A stretch of 64,000 nucleotides of DNA from NCBI GenBank assembly GCA_040954595.2, contig CM082580.2:12662909-12726908 (forward strand). Reading direction: 5' to 3'. A program made the translations under genes and the position numbers. The notes beneath the pieces are model-generated. The model was given only the letters and a program-made list of their open reading frames with translations, did no database searches and was not told the origin of the DNA. The stretch is from Balanoglossus misakiensis. Taxonomy: Eukaryota; Animalia; Hemichordata. Positions 28,501 through 44,920 of this stretch are shown here, piece after piece (the stretch's first letter is position 1; every line of letters starts with the position of its first letter).

Positions 28501-31500
28501 TGAAGACACGTCTCCGCCGTGATCGACAGAATGCACTCCCAGATTTCAGACACTCGCCATTGCAAGTCAACAGTCATCGCCGGCGGGAATGCGCAAGTGT
28601 CGATGCGCCAAGCTGTACAAATGTGACGATACTGAACGTGTTGGAGATTAGAGATCGGATGTGTTTGTCATGATACGAGGTGAATATTAAAGTAAAGGAA
28701 CGTCGGATTCTTCCACTGTCTTTGTCAGCCCTCCCGTAAGATTGCGACCAAGTCAAAGAAAACATGGACTGGTCCACAAGCATCTAATCAGAGTTTTATA
28801 CCATTAGAGGAGAGTTATTTCCCCGACACGTACGCTTTTACAAGAATACATCATCTTTCCTGGTTCAAGGTATTTAATGGATAGCCGAACGTCAATGGGG
28901 CTTTCGTTTGCAAGCGGGTCGTGTGAAGATCTGATATTGCCCGCGAGGAAGCGTGGTTGTGTCACTTCGATACAAATACACAGAGATTGAATCCAGTCTC
29001 GAATGGCTTCATCAAGCTGATTACAATCAAAACGCTTCCGGGCTAACGTATTACCAAAACACGACATCAAGGGATGTGCGCATCAGACATGTACGTAGTC
29101 TCGGTTACCCAGACGCCTTTGCTCTTCCGATGCTCTCCATCTGGAGAGCATCGGAAGAAGCAAAGGCGTCTGGGTAACCGAGACTAACATGTACGTCGAA
29201 CAGCACAGCGGCCGTAACTTAAAACTTGTATACATCAAAGGTTTATCAGAACCCCATAAATCTGTGAGCTTTTACATCTCAATTGTCGAAGCATCGCCCA
29301 CGAATGTATTTGATCAATATGGAAAATAATAAAATAACGTTATTATGTCGCTATAAAATTCATGATCAAGCGTTGATGGCCATTTCTCCAATTTATACAA
29401 CCGTGGTTTGTTTTAGACTATATGCATTAAGCAATAGCGCAACTGTTGGAACAATTTACCTCTCGCTTTTTGGCCTACCTTAACCCGGCAATCAACGTGA
29501 CGTCATCAGCGACACTTCAGCGGAAAGCGGGGAGCTAGCTGCGTGTCTCGTACAATACAATGCAATCCATTGATTGGGGTGAAAATGCAAATACATTACA
29601 GAATTTTCGTCTTAAACACAGTCTTTAAGGATATCGACTTCTATTGATTTGCCAGCAATACAATAATTGTCTGGCTGTACATAATGTGGGACAACGATCG
29701 AAAAGTATATAGTCGTGTATATGAGGAACAAAAGCCCAGCCAGGCCCGATCCAGGCGGTAAATTTACCGACAGAATCCCTTTCTGTGCATTTGTGTTGCA
29801 TATAGAGAGCAAATGGACACCCTTTTAAAGGCGAGGTTAGAAATGCATGACGTGTAGAAAGATTTCGACTGATTCAAAACAGCAGGGCAGTGGCAAAGGT
29901 TCGGAGCTTTTACCCGGCTGGCGAAATCCAATATCATTTCTACTATATTGACTTGCCGATCTCATAAGTACAATGTTTTCATTGCTTAATCATTATTTTC
30001 ACAGCGTCGTTCGGCGGCGATATTCAAATTGCTCGCTGTTTGCTGCTGTTCAATATTTTGTCACGACACGCCATGTCAAAATATGTCATTATTGCTGGGT
30101 CGATGCGGGTAGAGACTGTTTCGTGCAGCCCGTGTGTTCCGTGCTGCCAAAGTCGTACGTCAAAAATATATTGTTGACGGTCGGTATTTCATTGTGCGAA
30201 AATAGCAATCCATTGGTTCTAAAAATCAAATGGTAATTTGAAAGTCATTTTTATTTTTGTATTTCACCCGTTTATAAAGGAGATTGAGATTCGCACAGTA
30301 AATGATCATGAACCGGGCAAGCTCATGCATTTATGGAAGTTTAGGTTTCTACATACGAAACGTATCAATTTATTAAATGGTTTTTATGACATCGGTAAAT
30401 ATGCCAACTCTGGCGAGGCTTGTATCTGGAGAAACCTTGATTTGTTTGAGCAGTTGCTTTCTCTCACGTTTACAGGTCAACGGGTTCAAGTTTATAAGTT
30501 CTGGTTTGCGGGATGCCGGGTGAAATTAGTCTCACTTATCGGCATGGGCGCGCCTTGGCTAGTTGACGATGGAAGACGTGTGTACACACAAAGGATCCTG
30601 ACCTACCCCATCGATAGACGCACCGAGCGTATAATTGATGCCGTTGTGATCCGTAGTATTCGCTCGCAATGGGCTTACTCACGATCTGCGCATGCATGCA
30701 CGCGTATTGTCGCTCATCAATCTTACGGCAAGAGACACGTTCAACAACATAGAGAGACGCAAGGACGCAAATCAGACATTTGCCTTTGGATGTAAAAATA
30801 AATGTCTGTGTATATTCGCTGGTTAAAGACGCTCAGCGGGCGGTAGATATACGGTAATAACTTTGCAGGCATACACCGCAAATCAATTAAGGGCGATCAT
30901 GGATTTCTAGTGTTTATATATTTAACACATCCATTCCACAATATTTCTCCACTGGTCGGTTTGGCATATACATACACACACTGCATTCTGGGTGTGTCTA
31001 CTCAAATTCCCGTTCTATCTCACTTTTAAGTTTAGATTTGATGGAATTTCAGAATTGCCCCCAGCAGAATGGAAAACAAAGATCCACCGCTGACATTATA
31101 TGAATAATTATTATAAAATAATCGAAATCTGTGTGAGGTACTTTTTTCTGGATTGAATAGACCTCCGGGCGATTACAAGAAAATAAATTCACACTCACAA
31201 AATAAATTCAAGTCCGGACGCATATTTAAATACTAGCGATTCCGATGCATGTGAAAATGTGCAGTGACCAAGTGGTTTTGTGCATCTTTGATTGCGTGAC
31301 TTGGTAGGAGCGAATCTACAAGTTCGAATCCCATAAAATGAAAAAAAGCTATAGTCTGTAATTAATGTAGCAGAAAAGTGAATGATTACAAAGACCGTCA
31401 GATTTCTGAAATTTTATCCCCACGGCGAATTCTCCATAAACGTACAGTTTCGAGGATGTCGTAAAAACTGCTCACGGTAAATAAAACACGGTTTCATCTT

Positions 31501-33041
31501 GTCAAATCTCACAAAAGAACACTTTTCAAGCTTTCGCAGCAGAATGATTTACGAAATTAAATGCGACACAAAACGAAAATTGCCAGTACTATCCATAAAT
31601 CCAAAAGACATAAAAGTGGCCCTGTAAATAAAAAAAATGAAATAATTGCGTCGTCCAAAACTATCACCGTCACTGCACGTTACGAGATGACAAGCTTACA
31701 AACTACTTGGACGCATGCGGTAGGTCACGTGCAGTGACGTCATTGCGCTAATAAGCCGATGAGCTACAGCTTATGTCATTGGGAGCGGCATGATATCGTC
31801 GTCAGTGTCATCAGAAGACGAACGGCAGACGACGCCGGGCAAAAGACGTGCCCATCTCTGCGCGGTTCCATTAACAACCTTGCAAGTAATGCGGTTGTCT
31901 ATATCAGCTAGTGATGCACATTGCAAATAATAGGACACGACGTTTAATGATCTGTCGACAAATTCGATGGAGTCGAAAGAAAACTGGCACGTCACCTTGT
32001 GAATTCAATTTTTCGCGCATCAACGATTGATGTGAAACATGGGCAAGGCGCACATATCGACCAGTGACCAGGAGCTCACGCGCGGTGTTAAAACTGTGCC
32101 TGTATATTTTATAGCCATCAGGATTTAATATACCACGCAGAAAGTTATAAAAGTTCGAAAAGCAAGATATTCGCACAGCCAGCTATCGCGCGCGGAAAGG
32201 ACGGTTTAAGTGGTTAGCGCGTAAAAGTTTATATAGTGGCATAAACGAGCTGAAAGTACAAGCTGCCTTGTAACGTGACGTAACGAGTGAGCGCCTACGT
32301 TTCCTTGTGCGTTGATCATGTTCAAGTTGACTTAGGCAACGTTGGACGTGATGCGACGCGTTTAGTATTGCCCCGTGTCTGCTTTACGCGTGTTCAATTA
32401 CCACCACAATAAATTCCACGGAGTAATCATACCAGCGACCACTTTGAAGTGAAATTATACTCACGTATGTCGCACATAGCATAATTGCGGCAGTTGCATA
32501 CATATTGCATGCAAGGTATGGTGACAAATGTTCGTGCGTTAATTTCTTAAACGCGGCAGAAAACGACGGACATAATATAAAATACATCAAAAGGATGACT
32601 TTCTTCGATCGAGCAATATGGTGTAATTTATGGTAGAGGAAAAAATGAGTGAAATGGAAAGATGTGGGTGTAAATCATGAAAAGTGGAGAAATATAGGCC
32701 TACAAGAGTCTGAAACGAGAGTAAAAGTATAGTACCTGCGTGTCGTGCAGTTCCATGTCTAGCTTATATCCTGGTAAGATTTGGTCGTTGGCATTAATGT
32801 GTTCCAAGGCAAGCTGGATTGCTGGTTTGACTCCGTGGGCTATTCGGCTTTCCGCCCTGTCTGAGGTGAGGGGTAGCATAGCGGCGAAGTACAAGTCTAT
32901 CAGCTCCGTGTCATTCGTATACGCTTGGCTCGCATTCCCCAGTCCGTCGATGCCGCGCATCGCTACCAGGGAAAGGACGACCGCGATCTCCAGCCACTGC
33001 ACGAATACACCTCGGTCGAAAACTGGGGATGGGGACTTCAT
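12844..33041 (-). CDS. GABBR2: GABA-B receptor subunit 2 (class C GPCR), about 996 aa, 19 exons: 32736-33041, 21822-21959, 20737-20907, 20462-20563, 20130-20195, 19599-19793, 18824-19048, 17764-17827, 16874-16954, 16285-16435, 15813-15945, 15549-15656, 15291-15413, 14942-15052, 14474-14698, 14179-14343, 13884-13995, 13464-13778, 12844-13043. The last exon is uncertain.
   Basis: Signal peptide; Venus-flytrap motifs ([50 protein letters not shown]); 7TM motifs ([63 protein letters not shown]); C-terminal coiled coil ([21 protein letters not shown]). All phases are consistent. No Sushi domains are visible. Confidence 0.92.
22553..22600 (+). repeat. (CTGT)n/(TTGT)n tetranucleotide microsatellite in GABBR2 intron 1
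   Basis: Tandem CTGT units grading into TTGT, read directly. Confidence 0.9.
29096..29186. mobile_element. 91-bp hairpin MITE with a 9-bp target-site duplication
   Basis: TAGTCTCGGTTACCCAGACGCCTTTGCT...AGCAAAGGCGTCTGGGTAACCGAGACTA is almost fully self-complementary. It is flanked on both sides by ACATGTACG (29087-29095 and 29187-29195). Confidence 0.9.
31265..31333 (+). mobile_element. Possible degenerate tRNA-derived SINE head
   Basis: A-box-like TGACCAAGTGG (31265-31275) and B-box GTTCGAATCC (31322-31331) at tRNA-like spacing. No cloverleaf is evident. Confidence 0.35.
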
Positions 33042-35760
33042 CGTTTCGCGATGCGGAGTTTGTTGCACAGGCAGGGCGAGAACTTGATCGGCTGCGACCT
33101 CTTGATGGGAACTCTTCTCTCTCGAGCACAAGTTCGATCTCGGCGAAAGTTGACAAAATGCGAGGCTCGGGCTCTCAGTATCAGCTCTGCGCGACACACG
33201 CGTGGTTGCTAAGTTTTAACGCCGTTTCACTAACACACGCTTCTGCAAGAGAGAAGGTTGAGGGCGTTGAATGTCGCGAGAAGAGCGATCTCTCTGGCCT
33301 TTGGCGAACGACATGCGCAGACTACAAGCACTCACACAAACACCCATCAATTTTAACAGTTGTAATTGATTAAATTCGAGTCTACCACTCCCCTATAAAA
33401 ATTGATTTGTATCGGTAAACTACGCAAATGATCTGTCTTATACTCGATTGCTTGGTTTGCCATTGGGGGCGCCGTGAAATTAACTTACGAAAACCGCAAC
33501 ACTTTTCATCATTGACGCGACATATTCGGAGAAAAACTAAGGCTGTATCTCACAATTTCATAAAACGAACCCAAAAGAGGCGCCCTCTTTCGCCGCAGTT
33601 TTCATTGTCACTCATTAGCGTAAATGTCCCCAAGGACCCCTTAAGGACAATATCTCATAACATTTCTGTATTAAAATTAATATCTATGACAGATGAACAT
33701 ATTAGTTCTTTTATATTTACCGCATTTGCCACTGTTGTCATTACCTTTCTAATTAGCAAAGCCCCTGACTTCAAGGACTTATTAAATACATATTTCATAA
33801 TACTGGTGTATTAAAAACCAATATTTAATAGTGAAAGATGAATATGCCATGTTTGTCCTGTGAACGACCGGAATCGATAATATTTGTAAAAACCTGTGGC
33901 AATTGTTGCAACCTCCGACGATAGTCAACTTTCCACGGTATCAAATATGTAGCTACATTTGCATTGATGACCGCATACCTTTAAAAAACATTATTTTTGG
34001 CTTCTTTTACTGGGTTAGGTCTATTGTGCGGTTCGAAATAAACACATCACCGGTTTAATACAACATTTCTGTGTGGTCCACGACCCGAGTCACACATCGT
34101 CTCCTACCTCAGCACAATCAAATCCATAGAGGCTTCAGTTGCAACGGGTTCCAATTGATGAAATTTGCCGACTAATTTTCAACGCTTCGGCGGTTTTACA
34201 TTAACAGGGGATAAAGTCACTCTAATATAACCATCACTTCCTTAAATATTTGACAAGCCAATCCTGTCTGTACCTTTTATATATAAGTCTCATTTTGCTC
34301 CCCTTTTTTTCAAGAATCCAATCTTGAAAGAGTGTCTCTTTTTTCAAGCGACCTTTTCCATGCAGGTTGCCCTGTTGGCGTACTTCTATTTGAAATTAAT
34401 TCAATCGAGTCTTCGCAGGCGTCACTCCTGTTGACCTACGACCCCGTAAAACGATGAATTTGGGATATGGATAGCTTGCACGTCAATAGTGCTAAGAAAA
34501 CTCGTTTATTTTTCCGAAGATAAATTCGAGATGATGTGAGAAATGAGTGTTCCAGAGCGGCGCACCGTCGTCAGAGACAAAAATTTAAAAAAAATGAGTT
34601 GTCTTTGGAAAACTGACGTTTCGGTCGTGGTGCCGGCGGACAACTTTGGTCTGTGAGCATCCATCGCCATGAACTTCACGTCGTGTGTTTTGTCTAAACA
34701 ACAGGTGACACTTTCGGGAATAATTACCGTCAGTGCTCGTTCCCGCATAATTCCCAGACACCTTTACCGGAACTTGCATTGTATGACCATTTTTAGAAAG
34801 CGAGGGCAGGTAACGTTGCCTATACATATACCTACCTAATTTCAGAGTGGATGACGCGAGATGGACCGTTGTGGAATTGCGACTGCCTTCCCCACTGGAG
34901 ACAACAACATCGACCGTCGTTTTATGAAACACGTGCCTTTTCACACTAGTCCGAAAACAGTCTGTCGCAAATCCAATAATTGCCCTGAATTCTCCACACG
35001 CTAAGTGATGAGTGTCGACCTCAAATAAGCATTTCTCACTTAATACATTAAAAAATAGAAACAATTTCAATCCACACTGGAGAGATGGCGATACATTCTG
35101 ATTTCTCTAGAGAAAACACGTCAGTATAAAATTTCCTATGCTTATGTGTCACTTGCAACACATCACGTACGTTCCATTGGTACTGGTGTTTTCAATATTT
35201 CATGGTGTAAAAACTAATTTTAAATAGTGACAACTACTACCATGCGGTCGGCGTAATGATAACTCTGTCCCGACTGACGGAAATAAAATCATTATTGCGC
35301 GGGTATAGCACCGTAGGCTAGAGTGATAAAGGTCACGGCGACTTCAACAGACATATAATATATTATGTAATGAATCACCTGAATATTTTTCACGCGTCAG
35401 CGTCAAGTTATAAATTGACGTTTAACAGCTGTTTACTCTTGATGCAAGGTATATGATAGTATTTGCATCAAGTTTAATGAATGACATGTACAGACCCATA
35501 GGCTTAAATAATTTTATTCAGCCTGCGTCTTCAGGGGGAGTATTCAACATATTTTGTGCGCTTGGCGATGTATACTGCAAAAGCGTACAGTTTGCGGTTC
35601 GTCGAAATAGTTTCTTCTAAATCTTATTAAGTCAGAACGACATATGTTTTCACGCGTTTGAAGTCACGGGAGAACGTTTGATGACAGCCCACCCGATACC
35701 TGTCCAGCTGGGCAACCCCGACTAGTAATGGAACTGTCCTAGATTACGTTGCTGCAATAC

Positions 35761-35772
35761 GGGGAAATCCCC
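35761..35772. promoter_or_regulatory. NF-kB/Rel binding site candidate upstream of the zinc-finger gene
   Basis: GGGGAAATCCCC matches GGGRNWYYCC, is near-palindromic, and lies about 220 bp upstream of ATG 35989. Confidence 0.5.
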
Positions 35773-35988
35773 TTGTATGATGTTCATGATTTTGGAGAAC
35801 AAGGTTGCTTTCGTTATCGTGTATTTTTTTCCTACTGTAGCACGATATACCTTGTCGTCATTAATAAGCTAGGAGGTGGCCAAGCCAGTTCATCGTTTCC
35901 TAAGCCGACTTCTTGTGAAATCGTATTTTCGTCAGCCGTGACGTGTGAATATTGTCATTTCCTGCAAATCTGGACATTCGTCAAAATC

Positions 35989-37998
35989 ATGAGTTTCTTT
36001 TGCGACGTGTGTAAAGTATCGAACACCTGTGAGGAGAACCACCTCGCTCACTTGAACGGTAAGCAACACCAGAAGAAGTTACGCTATTACCATGTTTCAT
36101 TTCCGTCGTCAAACGACTCATCGACGACGACGCCGCCCGCTAGGGACAATCACGGTCGCGTTCCACCGTCACCCGCGGCCGCGCTTGTTTCTCATGCAGT
36201 CTCGCGAAATCATGCTGAATCAGCACCCGTCGTTTCGTCGAGTTCAAGCGACGCTGACTACGTCGCCGGGAGCTGTCCCGTGTGTTTCGTTCTGTTCACG
36301 GGCCCCGTCAGCGCGGAACAGCACTTAAAAAGCGACAAACACCGAAAGAAGGAACTCGCCAGAGTCAACGCCGGTTTTACCAGCAGCCACTTCTGTGATA
36401 TTTGCTCCGTGCCGCTCAACACGCTCGATCAACTGTTGGTGCACCGGGAGAGCCCGAATCACAAAAAACTGGAAGAGAGAAAGAAACTGTTCCAGAGTAG
36501 GCCTGACGGAAATTCAGGGGCGGAAATAAGCGGAGAAGAAAACCAGAAGAGCAGGCCTACGTCAGGTGAGAACGAAAGCCGCACACCCCGGCCCCAGGGG
36601 AATGGTCTGAGCGCATCCCGACCCCAGGGGAATGGTACAAATGGCGTTAGACGGGCCCTGTCTCCAGAATCGAGACGCGAGGTCCAAGGGCCGTCGCCGA
36701 AACGGCAGTCAGAGATGCCTTCAACAACGTACTGCCAATTGTGCGACAAACATTTCTCTGGGCCAGGAAATTCCTTGCAACACTACGCTAGCGAGAAGCA
36801 TCGGAAGAAAGCGGCCCATCAACAAGTGGTTGCCGGGACGCATTTTAATACACTTCTCAAATTGGACTCTGGGACAAGGGCCAAGGTCAAAGCGGACCAT
36901 CAGCGTAATACCGGGAAGGCTTTCAGTTTTCCCAAGTTCGAACAAAATGAAACAAACGCCGATGCCAAAGAAGACAAGCAGCGCGTTGCCGGACCAACTT
37001 CGAGTTCCTCGAGTCTCAAAGAAGACGAAATCAACGATGGTGGGGTCATAGCCGATGAACGACTTTCATCTAAGGTGGACCCCACGATGGAAGTAGACAG
37101 AGAAAAGCCCGTTGATGAAGAAACTGCAACCGATGATTCGATTGACGTAAACGATGCAGCCGAGTCGGAGGAACTTCAGGATGGACCAACATGTATTGCA
37201 GGACAATTGTCGGGGACCGCAGGGAAAAACGACGACGAACAGGAAAGCAGTTCTGATTATGATGAGACGAGCAGCTTCGTGTCAGCGCTCGAAAGTTTGG
37301 ATGTAGATATTGACTTTGTCGATGACAAGGAAAGCAAAATAAATGAGCAAAGTAAAAGCGAAAATGAAAGTGGTGAGCCTGGTATCCAACCCGCTCTGGA
37401 TGATGGTACCGCTGAGGCGGCAAGTCCTGAAAATGGAGGGGAAGCTACAGAAGTTTGCCAAGATGATGCGTCTGGTGCCAGTGTTTGTGCCGCGAACGAC
37501 GGCAAACGGTCATCATCAGCGGAAGAATTCGACAAAGTTTGCGAGCAATATAGGGAGGAGTGGAAGAAATTACTCGCGAACAGGGAGCTGGAATGGAGGA
37601 ATAAATCACATCGCCGTCGCGCGAACAAACCTTCCTCGGTAGAGACAGCGCTATACGTAGACATTGGTAACAACGGAGATAATCCAAACGCGTCGTTTCC
37701 AAAACCGAATTACCATGGGCGCTGCGACCTGTGTTGTGTTGGCTTTACAAGTCCTTCGCATAAGGTATCTCACCTCAATGGTAAACGACACAGGAAGAAA
37801 ATGCGAGCCGCTGGTCTCCCGGTGGAAGACGAGCGCATTGATGACATCAGCGTCGTCCAAGACGCGCCTCTGAAGAAAACCATCTACTCTGACATCATGA
37901 AACATGAAGATGAACTTCTTGAGAGCGTCGTTATTGTGCCAGTTGAAAAAACTCTCGATCTCGGTAACTTGGATAGGAGTGAGGACCCCGAAGTTTGA
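35989..37998 (+). CDS. Intronless 669-aa protein with five matrin/U1-type (JAZ/ZNF346/ZNF385/ZMAT-like) C2H2 zinc fingers and an acidic low-complexity region; putative RNA/dsRNA-binding
   Basis: Five C-x2-C-x12-H-x5-H fingers followed by basic residues: CDVC..HLNGKQH, CPVC..HLKSDKH, CDIC..HRESPNH, CQLC..HYASEKH and CDLC..HLNGKRH. The first in-frame ATG is at 35989 (aaaatcATGAGT); the track start at 35749 is a TTG. Confidence 0.85.
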   Translation: MSFFCDVCKVSNTCEENHLAHLNGKQHQKKLRYYHVSFPSSNDSSTTTPPARDNHGRVPPSPAAALVSHAVSRNHAESAPVVSSSSSDADYVAGSCPVCFVLFTGPVSAEQHLKSDKHRKKELARVNAGFTSSHFCDICSVPLNTLDQLLVHRESPNHKKLEERKKLFQSRPDGNSGAEISGEENQKSRPTSGENESRTPRPQGNGLSASRPQGNGTNGVRRALSPESRREVQGPSPKRQSEMPSTTYCQLCDKHFSGPGNSLQHYASEKHRKKAAHQQVVAGTHFNTLLKLDSGTRAKVKADHQRNTGKAFSFPKFEQNETNADAKEDKQRVAGPTSSSSSLKEDEINDGGVIADERLSSKVDPTMEVDREKPVDEETATDDSIDVNDAAESEELQDGPTCIAGQLSGTAGKNDDEQESSSDYDETSSFVSALESLDVDIDFVDDKESKINEQSKSENESGEPGIQPALDDGTAEAASPENGGEATEVCQDDASGASVCAANDGKRSSSAEEFDKVCEQYREEWKKLLANRELEWRNKSHRRRANKPSSVETALYVDIGNNGDNPNASFPKPNYHGRCDLCCVGFTSPSHKVSHLNGKRHRKKMRAAGLPVEDERIDDISVVQDAPLKKTIYSDIMKHEDELLESVVIVPVEKTLDLGNLDRSEDPEV

Positions 37999-40897
37999 CA
38001 CTGAGAACCTAAGTAATTGCTATAACATTTTTAAAGCTCAAGACAAAGGTGCATGACTTTCCGTCATGATTTTGACGCGGTGAAATATTTCAAACAGATC
38101 TGAGAGTAAATCGAGCAATATGAGCTTCTTTATAGCAAAATTTTAACCTCAAAAAATACTATTTTATATTTTTCATTTGCAGTAAATGCAAATAACGGGT
38201 ATTTTCATGTTAAGATGTATTTTTAAAATGTTAATTAATGGCGTATCGCTCAGGTAAATGTGGTTACATAACGCTGTTACATGTTCACTCCAGCATCATG
38301 TAACCTCGACTAGAAGTTTAACCTTTCGAAAAAAGCAGAGTTTAGGCTACACGTCAAGAGAATGTCAAATTATCTATTGACCAAAGAATCACTGTTTGCT
38401 ATATTGTTCTAAAATATTGAACGGGCGAAAAATTTTATGACAAGCAGTACCCGAGTTTGTAGTTGACTCCACACGTGTACTGTGGTCGCGATTGCTAGCT
38501 ATATACCTGTCTGTGGTGGAAAGGTGAACCTCGGAGACTTTTTACACGTGCAATGCTATTCCATAGCAACGCGGAAGCCTTTCCGCCATGTTGTTTTACG
38601 TTTTAGTAAACATAATTTAGCAGAATTCATGAGCTACATCTATGGGTACCAGGTGCAATGAAAAGTTACATAACAGTAACGATAACTACAAGAGAACTTT
38701 AGACTCCTGTATTTTCTGGCAACAAGTTCACTGTAGTCGTCGGACTAATTCATTACATTTTCAAACTCCAAAACGCACTAACCACAAATAATGCTATTTT
38801 ATGCTGCTATGGTCTCCTATTTTGAGAGAATTCATGAACGATAAGACAGTCATTATCACATATCGCTCAATCTCACAATCTTGGCTGCTTCTCTTAATCC
38901 TGTATTTGTATGTACGTACAAGGTGTTACGCAAACGAGTCGAACTCGCGGTGCCTTTGCTGTCACAAAGTTTACGACCGACTCAGGATACAAACAGAAGA
39001 AGTAAATATTAAAATTTCTAGCTCTCTTTACTTTGAATAATGGCTTTGATAGCCGATAATCGTAAAGCAATAATGGTTAAACATCATCTCAAAGACAAAC
39101 GAATTATTACTTATACCAAAGAATTTTATGAAATGTGGCCCGATTGTTAATGGTAAGAATTATCAAGTCTAATATAATTAATTAATAGTAACTCATTTAC
39201 CTGCCAAATGGACATTTCGATAATATAGGGGCCTAAATGTATTAATGTAACAGTGTCTCAGCTAAAAGAAATGCGACAATAAATGATGTACAATTACGCT
39301 TTTGTTAACAAGCTTATTTATTGAAAAGTCAACTTTTTACAAATGGGAAATACTCTCCACACAAAAGAATTTAACATCAAAGCAAAGAAAGCTACAGGCA
39401 GATTTTCTTTTACATTACAGTTCATGATAAGGGTTAGACTCGGGAATCCAATTGCTTGTTGGTGGTGTAGGGATTTCCCTTATTCAGATCACACAATGAC
39501 TCGGGCAGTTTGATTTGGAATGAAGTTGTGCCAAAAGTTATTAAGAGTTGAACATAATTGGAATCTGTCAAGTCAGAACAAGATTTCTTCATTTTTTTAT
39601 CAGCATGGGTGTTCACATTTAATTATGTGGGTCCCCTATAAAACTCAATTTCCAAACAAGATGTTTGAGGGCGCCGGCGGCCATTTTTAGAACTTGGATA
39701 CCGACAGCATGCGCACCAGCAAGCTACAGGATTCTTTCCCAGTCTAATGCTCGACAACGACAGACAGAGACACGAAGATGGACAGACAGACAGAGAAGCA
39801 AAGTAAAAAAATAAGGTAAAACATTGCAACAAACATGCTATAAACACCATCTATTTACAAGGGTAATATCAGTGCTGCAGTAATCTTCATTAGACTCAAG
39901 AAGGGATAGGCAAATGACAGCAAATATATTCTTGAATTCACACCCATGCGGAGTGTTTACAGAATGGAAAGAACCATTGAAAGTGTGATACAAACATTAG
40001 CACTGTTCAAATCCATTCTATCTATTAGTATTACAGTACCCTGTGAATGGTCAAGTTCTCGTGAATATCAAATAGCAACACCTCTGAGATAACATGGTGG
40101 TAACTTACATCACAGGAAAATAATACCGCAAATTTGGCAACAAAAACTTCAACAGCATCTAATACTTTTCCGTACAAAACAACTTTGACTGAATCAATCT
40201 TTGAAAATACCTAATTGTAATTGTGACAATACTATTTCATATGAACCAATGTGGAGAAAAATCTTCAATTTGAACAAAAGTAGCATGATGCGGTAAATGC
40301 AAGGTCAGTGTCATTTCAGCATTCTCAAATCTATAATACAAACATTTCTGAATACATGTTTCACTCATTGAGTCCGCCCCCCCCCCACCATTATGTCTAT
40401 AATGCACATCTTAAAGGGTTCTGTCAATCACAAGAGAAGAGTGAATTTTTTGTAACAGACATCTAGTCACACACAGAGTTGATTTTTCTAGCAGGTGATT
40501 GCATTATTCAACTGGGCATGAACCGCACATAGAAACTAGTTGTAACCACCGGAGCTCAGAAGGAGAAAACTATACAAAAACTTGTCTACCATGACCACAA
40601 AACAGTAAAAGTAAGAAAGAAAAACAAAATCGGTACTCAACAACCTATTTCTCGGCAATATAACTACCCTACATAAATATTATTGGATAAAATATAGACA
40701 ATTTTTCTCTTCATAGACTTCTGACAGAAAAGAAAGTTGGCCATGGTCATAAATCATTCATATTACACACATTTTGGATTTCTGTGAAGGCCAACAAGGC
40801 TTCATAAAAAAGCCCCCCCCCCCCCCAAATTAGTCATGAAACTATCAAAGAAGAATTGCCCCTGAATTTGAAGATTGTCTTCATAATTTTGACAAAT

Positions 40898-44920
<4,023 letters not shown>

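Noticed and set aside
26846-30795. Long ORFs in GABBR2 intron 1 (26846-27430, 30238-30795) as nested genes or transposases
   Set aside because: Non-ATG starts, no recognisable domains, low-complexity content and no exon-like splice pattern.
33042-33197. Upstream extension of GABBR2 exon 1 (MSRRAD...)
   Set aside because: It starts at GTG. The ATG at 33041 is followed by a signal-peptide-like segment.
35749-35988. 80-aa N-terminal extension of the 749-aa ORF
   Set aside because: It starts at TTG, lacks protein-like features and overlaps promoter-like motifs. The first ATG at 35989 directly precedes finger 1.
39668-39716. YY1-like GGCGGCCATTTT and NRF1-like GCATGCGCA downstream of PLK1
   Set aside because: No adjacent 5' end; this kind of motif is more plausibly a fragment of an interspersed repeat.
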